Source: Callorhinchus milii
Lineage: Eukaryota
Assembly (NCBI RefSeq): GCF_018977255.1
Contig: NW_024704742.1
Coordinates: 63,242,001-63,306,000, forward strand
DNA length: 64,000 nucleotides
Direction of reading: 5' to 3'
Part shown: piece by piece, positions 12,467 through 23,588 of the stretch
Layout: every line of letters starts with the position of its first letter
Position numbering within the stretch: position 1 is the stretch's first letter
The notes under the pieces: model-generated
Database searches by the model: none
Told to the model about the DNA's origin: nothing
What the model saw: only the letters and a program-made list of their open reading frames with translations
Made by a program: the position numbers and the translations under genes

Positions 12467-13218
12467 ATAGTAACATAGGAACAGGAGGCCATTCAGCCCC
12501 TCGGGCCTGTTCCGCCATTCCATAAGACCATGGCTGATCTGTAACTCAACTCCAATTACATGCCCTTGCCCTAAATCGCTTAATACCATTACCTAACAAA
12601 TATCTATTCATCTCGGTCTTAAAAATTTGAATGGATCCAGCATCCTTAGCCGTTCAGGGGAGAGTTCCAGATTTCCACTACCGTTGGGTGAAAAACTGCC
12701 TCCTGATTTCATTGCTAAATGGCTTAGTTTTAATTTTAAGATTATGCCCCCTTGTTCTCGATTGCCCACCAGAGGAAATAATAATAATAATAATAATAAT
12801 CCTTGCATTTGCTATAGCACTTTTCACGTCTTCTAGACGTCCCAAAGTACTTCACAGAATATACTGTAAAGTGAATTGACTGTATATTTGTGGGCGAACA
12901 TGGCAGCCAATTGTGCCACAAACAGTGATGGATTGAAAATGACCAATTTATTATTGTTTTTTTTTTGGAGGGATTATTATTAGGCTCTGTGTGGAGTAAG
13001 GAAACTTGCCTAAGGTTTCGCCCTGCCTGGAATTGAACTCAGGTCTCTCTGTATTTACCCTATCAAATCCCTTTATTATTTAAAAAATCTCAATAAGATC
13101 ACCGGTCAATCTTCTAAACTCAAGAGAATACAGACCAAGTTTTTTCCAGCCTGTCCTCATAATTTAACCCATTAAGCCCTGGTATAACTCTAGTGAATCT
13201 GCGCTGCATCCCCTCCAG
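12467..13218 (-). mobile_element. CR1 LINE 3' fragment, interrupted by a SINE at 12777-13050
   Basis: aacataggaacaggaggccattcagcccctcgggcctgttccgccattc is a CR1 3' end in reverse. CR1 coding sequence resumes at ~13051. Confidence 0.8.
12777..13050 (-). mobile_element. tRNA-derived SINE family A, short subfamily, 5'-truncated
   Basis: (AAT)n tail, ccttgcatttg, tgtggagtaaggaaacttgcctaagg and a B-box remnant. Confidence 0.85.
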
Positions 13219-13384
13219 ACTGGATGGAAAAGATATCTAGCCCCAAAAAATCATAACTACTCCATCTCCCTTTCCCTTTCCTCTGGGCCTGCATATTCCC
13301 ATGTTACTCTGACTTGAACCAATGAATACAATTATACACATGGATCTATGTTTCTGAATTGTCTCAAACTTTTATAATAATTTA

Positions 13385-13948
13385 ATTATACCACATCATG
13401 TCATCGAGATGTCTCAAAGCATTTCACAGGTTATACTGTAATGTCTGGTGGCTATATTTTCACAACTTAAAATGTGCCTCTTTTACTACACTTTTGGTCA
13501 TCTTTCCCTTCCTCACCCCCTCGGGGCCCACCCCTAGATCAGGTGCTCATCCAGCACTGCGGTTGCTCTTTGGGTCAGCCTTCCAATGTGAAATTCATTA
13601 CAGTATACAAATTGTATTTTATTTTGTAGGAGAATGTGGTGTCAATTTTCACACAGCAATTCCCATAATCAGTCATGAAGTGAATGATCAATTTTATCTG
13701 GAGAATTCTTGGCCAGGACACCAGGAGAGACACCCTTCTCTTTTTGAATAGTGCCATAGGATCTTTAACATCCACCTGAACAGGCAGATGGGACTTCGAT
13801 TCAACATCTAATCAAAAGGATGAAGGATGGAACCTCTGACAATGCAGCATTGCACTGGAGTGTCTGCCTTAATTATGAGTTGTGGGCCTTAAATCCACAA
13901 CCTTCTGACTCAGAGGCAAGCGAGCTACTAATTGACCCAGGCTGACGC
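13385..13948 (-). mobile_element. DeuSINE-like SINE family B with an internal insertion
   Basis: Deu core at ~13710-13800. tRNA-like head ccacaaccttctgactcagaggc...caggctgac at the right end. Confidence 0.8.
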
Positions 13949-14642
13949 TCATCTAATTGGAACATTTTTCAAGCAAACCTATAAACCCACATGAAGTCCA
14001 CAATAACTCGAATTCTATCTTCATCGTTCTATCAAATCTAATAATAGCTGTAGAAAATAAAATAAATCCCACTGAATTTTGGTAAGGGTTAATTTCCCAA
14101 ACCTACTTTAAAAATGAAGGTCCTCTTCTGTTATCTGTCAGCCGTTCTTACCAGCTTTATCGAAAGCTCTTTTTCATCCCTATAAATCACATAGTGCTGT
14201 CTGTGAGAAAATTCACCCTGACTTCTGGGAGAAATGAGCTGTGTGTATCAGTGAGATTCATTATGATTAAAGGTCAAGGGAGACCCTATGATCAATAACT
14301 GAACTTTTCCTGAAAGGAATCTCTTCTCTGTTGGGAGTTGAACACTTTTTTTAAAGAAAACTACTAAAACACTACAGCAGATCTTTCGGAATAGCCTTGT
14401 AGCAAAACCAACGATGTGGAACTGACTTTCCTTGCTGCCTGGACTGGTAGCTCTGCTGCCAGCATTGATAATGTAATTTTAACAGCACCAGTGGGGCACA
14501 CTAATGACAAGTTTTGCATTATTGTCCCCTTCCAGTCCTCACTCTCCAGTTAAAAGTCTCCTCCAAGGAAATAACCACAAGCAGGTTTCAGCCTAGCTCA
14601 GCTGGCAGCTCTCTCGCCTCTGAGGCAGAAGGTTTTGGGTCC

Positions 14643-14849
14643 AGTCCAACCTTTTTTGGTTGGCCAACAAAATAAATTTTTCCTTGATCAAATATTTCTT
14701 GATTTATATATCACTACTCAGTAGCTACTGGAAACAAAATATTGATTTAACACAGACTTACATAGACTAGCACAAATGCTCGACAGGCTTCTTCTTGACG
14801 CCCCCATGTGCCACACTTAGCCCCGTGGGCCATGAGTTGTCCACTACTG
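14643..14849. mobile_element. Possible hAT/Charlie-type MITE remnant inside a SINE B head
   Basis: Right end ggccatgagttgtccactactg followed by gtctag; left end cagtccaaccttttt. Flanked by SINE B head sequence (14585-14640 and 14850-14868). Confidence 0.45.
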
Positions 14850-14904
14850 GTCTAGCTGATACCCCATGTCATCAAAACAGCTCAAACTTGTTCCCAGGAT
14901 TTAA

Positions 14905-15249
14905 CATAGAGTGCAGTAATCGTATATATGTTGACAAATGTGGCAGCCAATTTCCACGCAAACAGGCTTGAAGTGAATAATCAGTTTTATCTGTGGGATT
15001 GTCAGCCAATGGCAACAGGGGAAACTCCATTCACGTTTCAAATAGAGCTGTGAGATCTTTAACATCTACTTGAACAGGGAGACCAGACCTCAATCTAATG
15101 TCATATCGAATGAGGTCACCTCCAACAATGCAGCACTCTCCCAACACTGCATTGGAGTGTCAGCCTAAACTGTGAGATTAATGTAGAGCTTTGACCTACA
15201 ATCTTCTGACTCAGAGACAACTGTGCTAACAACTGAGGCAGGCTGACAC
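14905..15249 (-). mobile_element. DeuSINE-like SINE family B
   Basis: Deu core plus head ending aactgaggcaggctgacac. Confidence 0.85.
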
Positions 15250-15614
15250 TTAAATGTCATGTATGGATTTAAAGTTCATCACATCAGAGGTACCGTTTTG
15301 TAATTTTTCATGGCTTATACTTGGGAGATCCTATTTTCATCCTCTGAGATTTCTATCCCCTAGTTTAATTTCAACACTCAATTTTTCTTGAATTTGCTGT
15401 TCATTCTGTATTCCATTAAGGCACAATATTCCATTAACATTCATAAAAACAGGCCTGTTATATATGCCACAGTTATAACACAGATGGTAAGGGATAAAAT
15501 GTTGAGTTGTCTGTCACTGGGCACCATGGTTGAAGAAGTAGGCTTTATAATTCACCATATTTATATAATTTGAAAGAAAAATTAATATAGGCCATGAACA
15601 TGTTTTATAAATTA

Positions 15615-15938
15615 TAATAATAAATAATAATAGTATTTATCCTTGCATTTGATATAGTGCTTTTTACATCTTATAGACATCTCAAAGCGCTTCACAGAAT
15701 ATACTGTAAAGTGAGTTGACTGTATATTTGTGGGTGAAACCTAGCAGCCAATTGCTCACAGCAGAGTCCCAAAGTCATGGATTGAAGTGACCAGTTTTGT
15801 AATAGTATTTTTTCTTGAGGGATTATTATCAGGCGTGTGGAGTAAGGAAACTTGCCTAAGGCTTCGCCCTGCTGGGAATCGAACCCAGGTCTCTCACTTG
15901 CGAGGCAAATGCCCTAACCACTGAGCTACAGAACTCCA
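15615..15938 (-). mobile_element. tRNA-derived SINE family A, short subfamily, full length
   Basis: Reverse-complement head ggagttctgtagctcagtggttagggc...gggttcgattccc carries Pol III A and B boxes; (TAT)n tail. Confidence 0.9.
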
Positions 15939-15976
15939 AATTAGGAATAATAATAACCTTTGCATTTGATATGTCA

Positions 15977-16295
15977 TGTGTCAGCTTGGTTCAATTGGTA
16001 GCATTCTCACTTCTGAGTCAGAAGGTAGTGACTCTAAGCCCCATGTCGGTTCTATGAATTTTATACAGTCTGAGCTGACACACCAATTCAGTGTTCAGGG
16101 AGCGCTGGATTGTTGGAGTTGCCATCCTTTGGATGAGACATTAAACCAAGTCCCTGTATACTTGTTCAAGTGGATGATAAAGATCTCATTGCACTTTTCT
16201 AAAGAGAAGGGAATTTCTCTCAATTTACCGGCCAAGAATCCCCTAAATAAGAAACACCTAATCACAAAAAACACCTACTCACTGTGCTTTACAGT
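15977..16295 (+). mobile_element. DeuSINE-like SINE family B
   Basis: Head gtgtcagcttggttcaattggtagcattctcacttctgagtcagaagg and Deu core. Confidence 0.85.
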
Positions 16296-16298
16296 ATA

Positions 16299-16440
16299 TC
16301 CTGTGGAGTGCTCCAGTTGGCAGTCTCTATTCCTGAGCCGAGCAGGTCTGCAGTACTCCAGGGCACTGCTGATGACAATCTGGTTTGGATCCTCTTAAGC
16401 ATGGTGATGGGTTTCCTTGTTTCCATGTCAGGCCTGACCT
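16299..16440 (+). mobile_element. Family X 3' region, deleted copy
   Basis: ttcctgagccgagcaggtctgcagtactccagggcactgctgatgac is fused to ggtttggatcctcttaagcatggtgatgggtttcc. Confidence 0.75.
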
Positions 16441-18031
16441 CAACACTCAGCAGCTCAGGCAGCATCTACGGAGATGCTCCCAAAAAAATCTACCCACTTA
16501 TATCAAGCTATTTTATTTTTTCTTTATGTAAGAATATTTAGTTTTCCTGTAATAGAAATTGTTGATCGCCCTACACAAAAAAGGTGGCAACATTTATTAT
16601 GCTCCTCAAAATGTTTTTTATGCTAGTTAAGACAAGGAACTCCGTAAGGAATACCTGCACATTCTTTCCTTGTGTGAACCAGGTCTCAGTAAAGTCCTTC
16701 AATTTACCTCTGTATTTCTGTAAGGTACACACCACTGCCAGCAGCCAACTCAGTATAGAGATACTCAGGTCATTGGTTTTATGATATGGGATAAAGGAAT
16801 GAAGATCTAATTCCAACTTGGGGAGGAGGGAAAATATTGGGATTTCTCTACCCAAAAGTTTCCAATAGCATGAGCACGTTTGCTCATCAGGTAGTTAAAA
16901 ACAGGAGCTGCTGACCAAGGACAACCTTATCTTTCAAGATGTTGAAGAAACCCTTTGTTCTGTAAACAATCGTCCACTCTTTCTTCATTCTCCCTGCCAG
17001 TAATGCATTAGTATCATATAGTCAGCCTTTATGAAGTAAACTAGTCCATGAGGCTTTGTGGTTTTCGTTGGTCAATTTAAGAAAATCCAGCTTCTGGTAT
17101 TGCTTACATTATTATTATTATTATGATTCCCTATTGGCAATACAATCTACAAGCATGAATTGAATCCAGAATGAGCTTTATTTCCTGTCTGGTTCTGTGA
17201 ACTCCATTGGCACTCATTCATTTGTTGTACAGCAGGGATCGAGTCATAAACTTGAGTTGCTGCAGGTGCCCAGATGCGTAAGAGCCCAGCCCTGCTGAAC
17301 TCCGTTTACTGATACAGACCTGCTACCGATTAGCACGAGTCTTGTTTAACTGCAAGCCAGCTTGACGGAATTCAGATTTGAGGTTAAAACTACATTCCAG
17401 TGGATCACTCTTTGGATAAAGGTAAGATTCCCAATTTATAACTCACACAAATTATACTTCAATCATATTATTCTTACCAGCATATAAACAGCCTTATGTT
17501 CTGTAGATCATTAATTCTATCTATGGGTCACATATATTTTGAATTATTGGAGTCATCACTTGAAACAGCAAACAGAGGCACTGAGTTTCAACTTGGTTAT
17601 CCTTGTGTTGTATCAACAAGCGATTCATCATCTCTACACGGTCTGGCTCTTTGCTCTATTATAGTCATGATCCATGAATCTATTGTTCTATGGCACAGCT
17701 GGTGAGATTGCTTCTCGCAGCAAAATTTTTTATTTATTTTTCTTGCTTGTCTCCATTTCTTAGGTTTATTCTTCTGGGTATTGCTCAACACTGTTGCCCT
17801 TCTAGTTGAGTGTACAAGATTAACAGGCTGGTGACCATCTGACTCATAGATTCAGTTTGCATTAAAATAAGCACAATAATAACAACAAATTACATTTGCA
17901 TGGTGCCTTACATGTTGGGAGGCATGAAAGGTGCTCTACAAAGCCTTGGAACTTCTTCCAGACGTGAATGTAGGGTTTAATGAATTGAAAGCAGTAGCAT
18001 TGAACTTTATTTTCTGGTTACTTTTTAAATT

Positions 18032-18410
18032 GTGTGTCAGTTTGATGCAGTGGTAGCCCTCGCTTCTGAGTCAGAAGACATCACCTAGTCTAAGCTGACA
18101 CTCCAATGCAGTGCTGGGGTGTGTTGATTGTCAGAGGTGCCTTCTTTTAGATGAGACGTGAAACTGAGGTTCAGGCGGACATTAAAGATCCCATGGCACC
18201 ATACAAAAAGAGAAGGGAGTTTCTCCCTGTGTCCTAGCCAACAATCCCCCAAATAAAATTGGTCACTCCATGGTTGTTTGTGGGACATTACTGTGTGCCA
18301 TTCACCCACAAAATACACAATCGATCCACTTCATAGTATATCCTGTGAAGTGGTTTGAGACATTTCAACAATGTGATAAGACACTATATCAAATACAAGA
18401 AATATTGTTA
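18032..18410 (+). mobile_element. DeuSINE-like SINE family B
   Basis: Head, Deu core attaaagatcccatggcacc and tail. Confidence 0.85.
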
Positions 18411-18550
18411 ATTATTTGTTCTTTTTTATTATTATAAATTATTCGTTTTATTAAATTATTCGTTTTATTTTTTATCTCTACATTGTCACAATTTCAGCAC
18501 TAAGTCATTTATCCCTTGCTTCCAATTGGGAATTACTGTAAATACCCATT

Positions 18551-19395
18551 CATAAGAACATAAGAATTTGCTGGGCGAAAGAAGACCGAGGTCCATCTAG
18601 TTTGCCTTCCATCATCTTGGCAGTCACTTGACATGTCGTGTCCCAAACTATATAATGTATCCCAAAATATTATTTCCTTGGGATTAGCAGAAATCTATCT
18701 AATTTGTTCTTGAAACAAACAGTATGTTCTGCTTCCATTGTCTCCACCCTTCTACTGTTCAGTACAAGATAAAACACCTTATCATGGTCTAATTATCTAT
18801 CCCTTTCAGAACCTTAAAGACTGTAATCATATTGCCCCTCAACCTTCTCTTCCCCAGTGTGGACAAGCCCAGTTTATCTAGTTGCTCCTCATAGTCCAAT
18901 TCCTACATTCTCCCAAATCATTTTGGTTGCTCTTCTCTGTATCCTCTCAATTGCTGCAATATTTTTTTTATATTGCGGTGACCAGAACTGCACACAGTAT
19001 TCCAAGTGCGGTCACATCAGTGATTTATGAAGTGGCAGGATTACCCCACTATTTTGGCTGAATATTGTACTTTTAATACAGCCCAGCATCTGGTTTGCCT
19101 TACTTACTGCTATCGAGCATTGTTGCGATAGCTTCAATTTATTATCATTCAGGATCCTCAGGTCCTTTTCATTTTCCTATAGATTATTTTCTTACCATTT
19201 AAATAATAGTCACTTCCTGGATTTTTTGTGCCCATGTGAAGCACTTTGCATTTCTCTACATTAAATTGCATCTGCCATTGATCTGCCCAATTCCCAAGAA
19301 TGTTCAGTCCACCTGTACCCTATCCTGTTCATCCTTGCAGACTACCACCTTCAATAGCTTTGTGTCATCTGAAAATTTAGCCATTGTGCTTGTGA
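18551..19395 (-). mobile_element. CR1 LINE fragment (RT C-terminal half plus 3' end)
   Basis: Reverse complement encodes KFSDDTKL (FADD-like) and [13 protein letters not shown]. cataagaacataagaa tail. Confidence 0.9.
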
Positions 19396-19519
19396 CTCAT
19401 TCAAAGAGGAAGAATATGAAATGGTACAAGAAAAGGTATCTCGCATCTGATTATCATTTATATAGAATTATATGGCATCCTTTATGTAGAATAACAACTC
19501 AGTTACAGTGACAGGAACG

Positions 19520-19790
19520 GTCACGAAGTAGGAGAGAGAGGAAAGGACGGAAGTGGGAGGTGACCAAAGGTGTCGATGAAGAGGTAGATTTAAGATGGGA
19601 CTTGAAGACAGATACAGAGAAATTGACAGAGAGGATTAGATGGAGGGAGTTGCAGAGTTATGGATCTAGAATTGGAAAGCTTAGTCACCCATGGTGCGGA
19701 ATGTGCAGTAAGACCAAGTTAGCCGAACAGAGAAAAGAGGTAGGAGGAGCTCAGAGAGACAGGGAGGTTCTTAATAAGGAATGAGAAGGA
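19520..19790 (-). mobile_element. Old L2 3' fragment
   Basis: Purine-rich, degenerate match to the L2 3' region (gggacttgaag, ggagttgcagag). Confidence 0.55.
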
Positions 19791-20914
19791 GAATTAAAAG
19801 AATGTGAGTTTCTGCTGGTGTCCTGGTGAATAGTCCTCCAGATATAATTGGTCATTCACTTCATAGCTGTTGTGCAACGTTGGCTGTGTGCAAATTAATT
19901 GCCACAATTACCTATAAATCGGCACCTTCAGTTTGCTGCAATTATCTATGAAGGTCTTTGAGATGTTAATGGCACGTAGGTACCATGGAGGAATTACTAT
20001 TAATATTAATAATTATTAGTTTGATAGGTTATTCTAACCGAGTGATCCATCCCACCGTGTTGACCAGCTCTGCATGAATTATGTGTATGACACATGTTAG
20101 CTGACAGGTCAGTGTGCCAGGCAGTCACTGTTGCACAAAGCATTCATTTTAACTGCTCTGTGCATGGCTCATGCTGTGTTTGTATTATCACTTCCTTTTC
20201 AAGCTTGAATGTGGCTGGCTTTGCCTTGAATGCACAGACCAAAATGCATTAAGAATTCAAGTGTGTTGCTGCTCTCCTGTCCCCAGAGTGATCTATGTTA
20301 GAGGACACAGCCCTTGAAAGTACTTCCTGCTGAACAGGCTTTAAATTAAGATACAATAAACTTTGACCTATTTATACTGACATAGGTGGAATTTGTTTCA
20401 ACAGATTTGATAATCATTGAATGGTTTACTTAGTCTGCAGTGAAACTTAATATTTTTCACCACTGACGTTGAATTCGAATAAGAAAGAACTGCCTCTGTG
20501 TGTCACTTTGTGAAAGTAATCTGGCACATAGGAAATGAATTGCTGTCGTTGGCAGTGTCTAATCAGGAACGATCTGCAGGTGATTTATGGAGACAGCTCT
20601 GATCGATACCCAGAGAGTTTTAAGTACTCAAGAAACGCTTGACGTTCCTGACTAAGACAAACAATGGATAATTATTTTGGGGGAAGGAAGACGACATCAA
20701 TATCAAGGAGATAGATGTCTTAAAATGCCAGCTTCCTAGAACCTCCGACTGATCAGTCAGTGAAATGACACAGGTAGGGAAAAAAATAAAGGGTGAAAGT
20801 GAAACAATTGTGGTAAATCCCTTTTTTAAAAATTGAGTGCACTATACTGGAATAAGACATGATCGTACAAAAAAAGTCCAAATTATTTGCTAATAGCCCT
20901 GTAGGTAAGAGCTA

Positions 20915-21342
20915 TGAGTCTAAGCTTGGCTCAGTGATAGGACTCTCGCTTCTGAGACAGAAAGTTATTGGTTCAAATCCTTCATCAAGACTTGAATTCA
21001 CATAGTCTAAGCTGACACTCCAATGCAGTATGGGGGTGCTTTGCATTGTTGGAGGTGCCATCCTTCAGATGAGATGCTAAACCAAGGACCTGTCTGCCGG
21101 TTCAGTGGACGTTAAGAATCCATAATACTATTAGAAAAGAGAAGGGAGTTTCTCCCAGTGTCCTGGCTAACAATCTCCCATGTTCATCCCACCTCAAAAA
21201 AAATTGGTCATTCGCTTCATGCTTGTTTGCGGGGCATTGCTGTGTGCAAATTGGCTGCTGCATTTCCCCTCAGTCAGAGTAATTTCTGTAAAACGCTTTG
21301 AGATGTCTTTCCAACATGATAAGGCACTATACCAAATGCAAC
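20915..21342 (+). mobile_element. DeuSINE-like SINE family B, near full length
   Basis: A box tggctcagtgatag, B box ggttcaaatcc, Deu core and tail. Followed by an antisense L2 tail at ~21340-21430. Confidence 0.9.
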
Positions 21343-21857
21343 AACAATAAAGTTACATTTGTATGGCGCCTTTCACATCAGGAGGATGTCCCAAGGCGCT
21401 TGACAGTAAGGGATTTGGACCCGAGCAGGGACCCAAATATTTAACAAATATTTAACTATTTGTCTTTTATGGATCACTCCCCACCAGACATGGATTAATT
21501 TGCGACTTTGTAAATGTCATGTGAGGGGAATTGTGGTTCAAATGATAGAATATTGTAATATTCTTTCTGTTTAGTACAATTTGAAGAGAAATTCTACCAT
21601 GGTCTACATTTACTCCATTTTCTTAGCATTTTTACGTGTACAGTGTTTAACAAATTGTTGAATTAAATCTTGACTTTTTACAGAAAAATCAGGAGAAATC
21701 TTAAATTTTTATAGAAACACAGCTTCAAAATTAAGATTGAATTTAAGAATCTGCCACAATTTGCACGCTCTGTAATACTGAGAAAATAGAAAATAAAATA
21801 AACTCAGGTGGAATTTCTCCCCCCTTGTGGTTTCCAACCACCTATGTCTGAATATGT

Positions 21858-22890
21858 CCCAGGGAGGGCGAGACCTTAGGCACGTTTCCTTAATCCACAT
21901 GCCTCTGTTTATCTAACAGCAAACAGAAACCCAATAAATAGTTGATTGGCCAATCGCTTGCTGGTGGTAATAATCCCTTAAAAACATGTGGTCACTCAAT
22001 CCATGACTGTATTTGTGGGACACTGCTGTGTGCAATTGGCTGCAGCATTTTGCCCAAAAAACACAGTCAATTCACTTTACAGAATATTCTGTGAAGCGCT
22101 TTGAGACCTCTCAACGATGTGATAACAATAACAACAAAATTACATTTTATAGTGCTTTTCACATCTGGAGCAAGTCCCAAGGAGCTGGACAATCAGTGTT
22201 TTGGACCCGAGCTGGGGGTCGGGATCGGGGAGGGTGGAGGGCAAGGGGAAGGAGGGTGATTGAAGGCGAGGTCAAAGAGGAGGGTCTTGAGACGGATCTT
22301 GAAGAAGGCAAGAGAGGGGGCAAGGCGGAGGGACTGCGGGATGGAGTACCAAAGGGTGGGGCAGAGTGGCTGAAGGCCCACCCACCAATGGTTGGGCAGG
22401 CGAAGCAGGGAACGTGAAGTAGGCCAGAGCCTGCTGAGTGGAGGATGCGGGCAGGTTGGTAGGAGGATTAGAAGGTCACAGAAGTAGGGAGGAGCAAGGC
22501 CATGGAGGGTTTTGAAAGTGAGCACCAGGATCGTGAACTGTATCCTGAATTGATAGGGTCGCAGAGCTGATGCAGGAGAGAACATGGGCTGCCAAGTTCT
22601 GGATGATCTGGATGGAGGAAAAATTGTGGAGGCTGACAAGCAGGGAGTTTGCGTAGTCAAGCCTGGATGTTATGAATGCATGTATAAGGCACTGAGGGGA
22701 GACAATCAGGAGAGCCTCGGTCTTGATGACATTAAACTACAGAAAGTTAGCTCTCATCTAGGACTTGATATCTGACAGACATTCTGTCAGGACAGCAGTG
22801 GTCCTAGAGTCGAGGGTGGAGGCAGAGATGTAGAATTAGGTATCATTGATAAGGCACTATGTCAAATGTAGGGATCATTAGGATTATTAT
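21858..22890 (+). mobile_element. SINE family A split by an L2 insertion (22126-22846)
   Basis: Body runs to gatgtgataa (22125); tail resumes at gataaggcactatgtcaaatg (22848). Confidence 0.8.
22126..22846 (-). mobile_element. L2 LINE 3' fragment with internal deletions; TGATAA target duplication
   Basis: ORF 22193-22660 has RIQFTILVLTFKTLHGLAPPY and FKIRLKTLLF. TGATAA at 22120-22125 and 22847-22852. Confidence 0.9.
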
Positions 22891-23142
22891 CATAATATGA
22901 GGAAGTGGTAATAAAATATTTACACATGACATGAACCCAGAGGATGACACATTAAGGTTTGGGAGCAGAACAATGAGTAAAGGATTTATTTTATCAAAGC
23001 ACTATTAAGACTTTTGACGTCAGTGTGATTTAAGATTATAAAAAAAAATCTGGAACATCAAATTTTGAGCTATAAAATATGTACAGTATATAATTCCAAT
23101 ACTCCATGATTAGAGAAAAAACAGCTCTTGGGTTCAAATATA

Positions 23143-23588
23143 CAGGTGTCAACCTGGCTCAGTTAACAGCACTCTGCGTCCAAAGGTTGAGGTTGAAGCC
23201 CAATTGGGACTTTGAATTCACAGTCTCGACTAACACAGCAACAACAACAACAACAACAAGATTCCATTTATAAAGCGCCTTTCACGTCAGGAGGACGTCC
23301 CAAGGCGTTGCACAGTTGGGTCATGGTTGGAGATGCCATCCTTTGGATGAGATGTAAAACTGAGGTCCTGTTCTGCTTACTGTTAAAAATCCCATGACAC
23401 TACTTGAAAGAGAAGCCCACTGTACTGGTGAAATCCCCTAGGTAAAATTGGTCATGCTGTTTGTGGGACATTGATGCATTATTGACTACTGCTGGCATTG
23501 TGAAAATTGGCTGATGCATCTGCCCTCGAAAGCTCCCAGTCACTAGACTTCACAGAAAAGTCTTTGAGACATTACAACAATGTGTTAA
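23143..23588 (+). mobile_element. SINE family B containing an antisense L2 tail (~23240-23315); its own tail is displaced to ~26157-26192
   Basis: Head gtgtcaacctggctcagtt and Deu core. aaggcactgtatcaaatacaag resumes after the long L2. Confidence 0.8.

Noticed and set aside
17233..17420. Exon candidate (tgtacag| ... aag|gtaaga)
   Set aside because: Stop codons in all three frames; no evidence for transcription.
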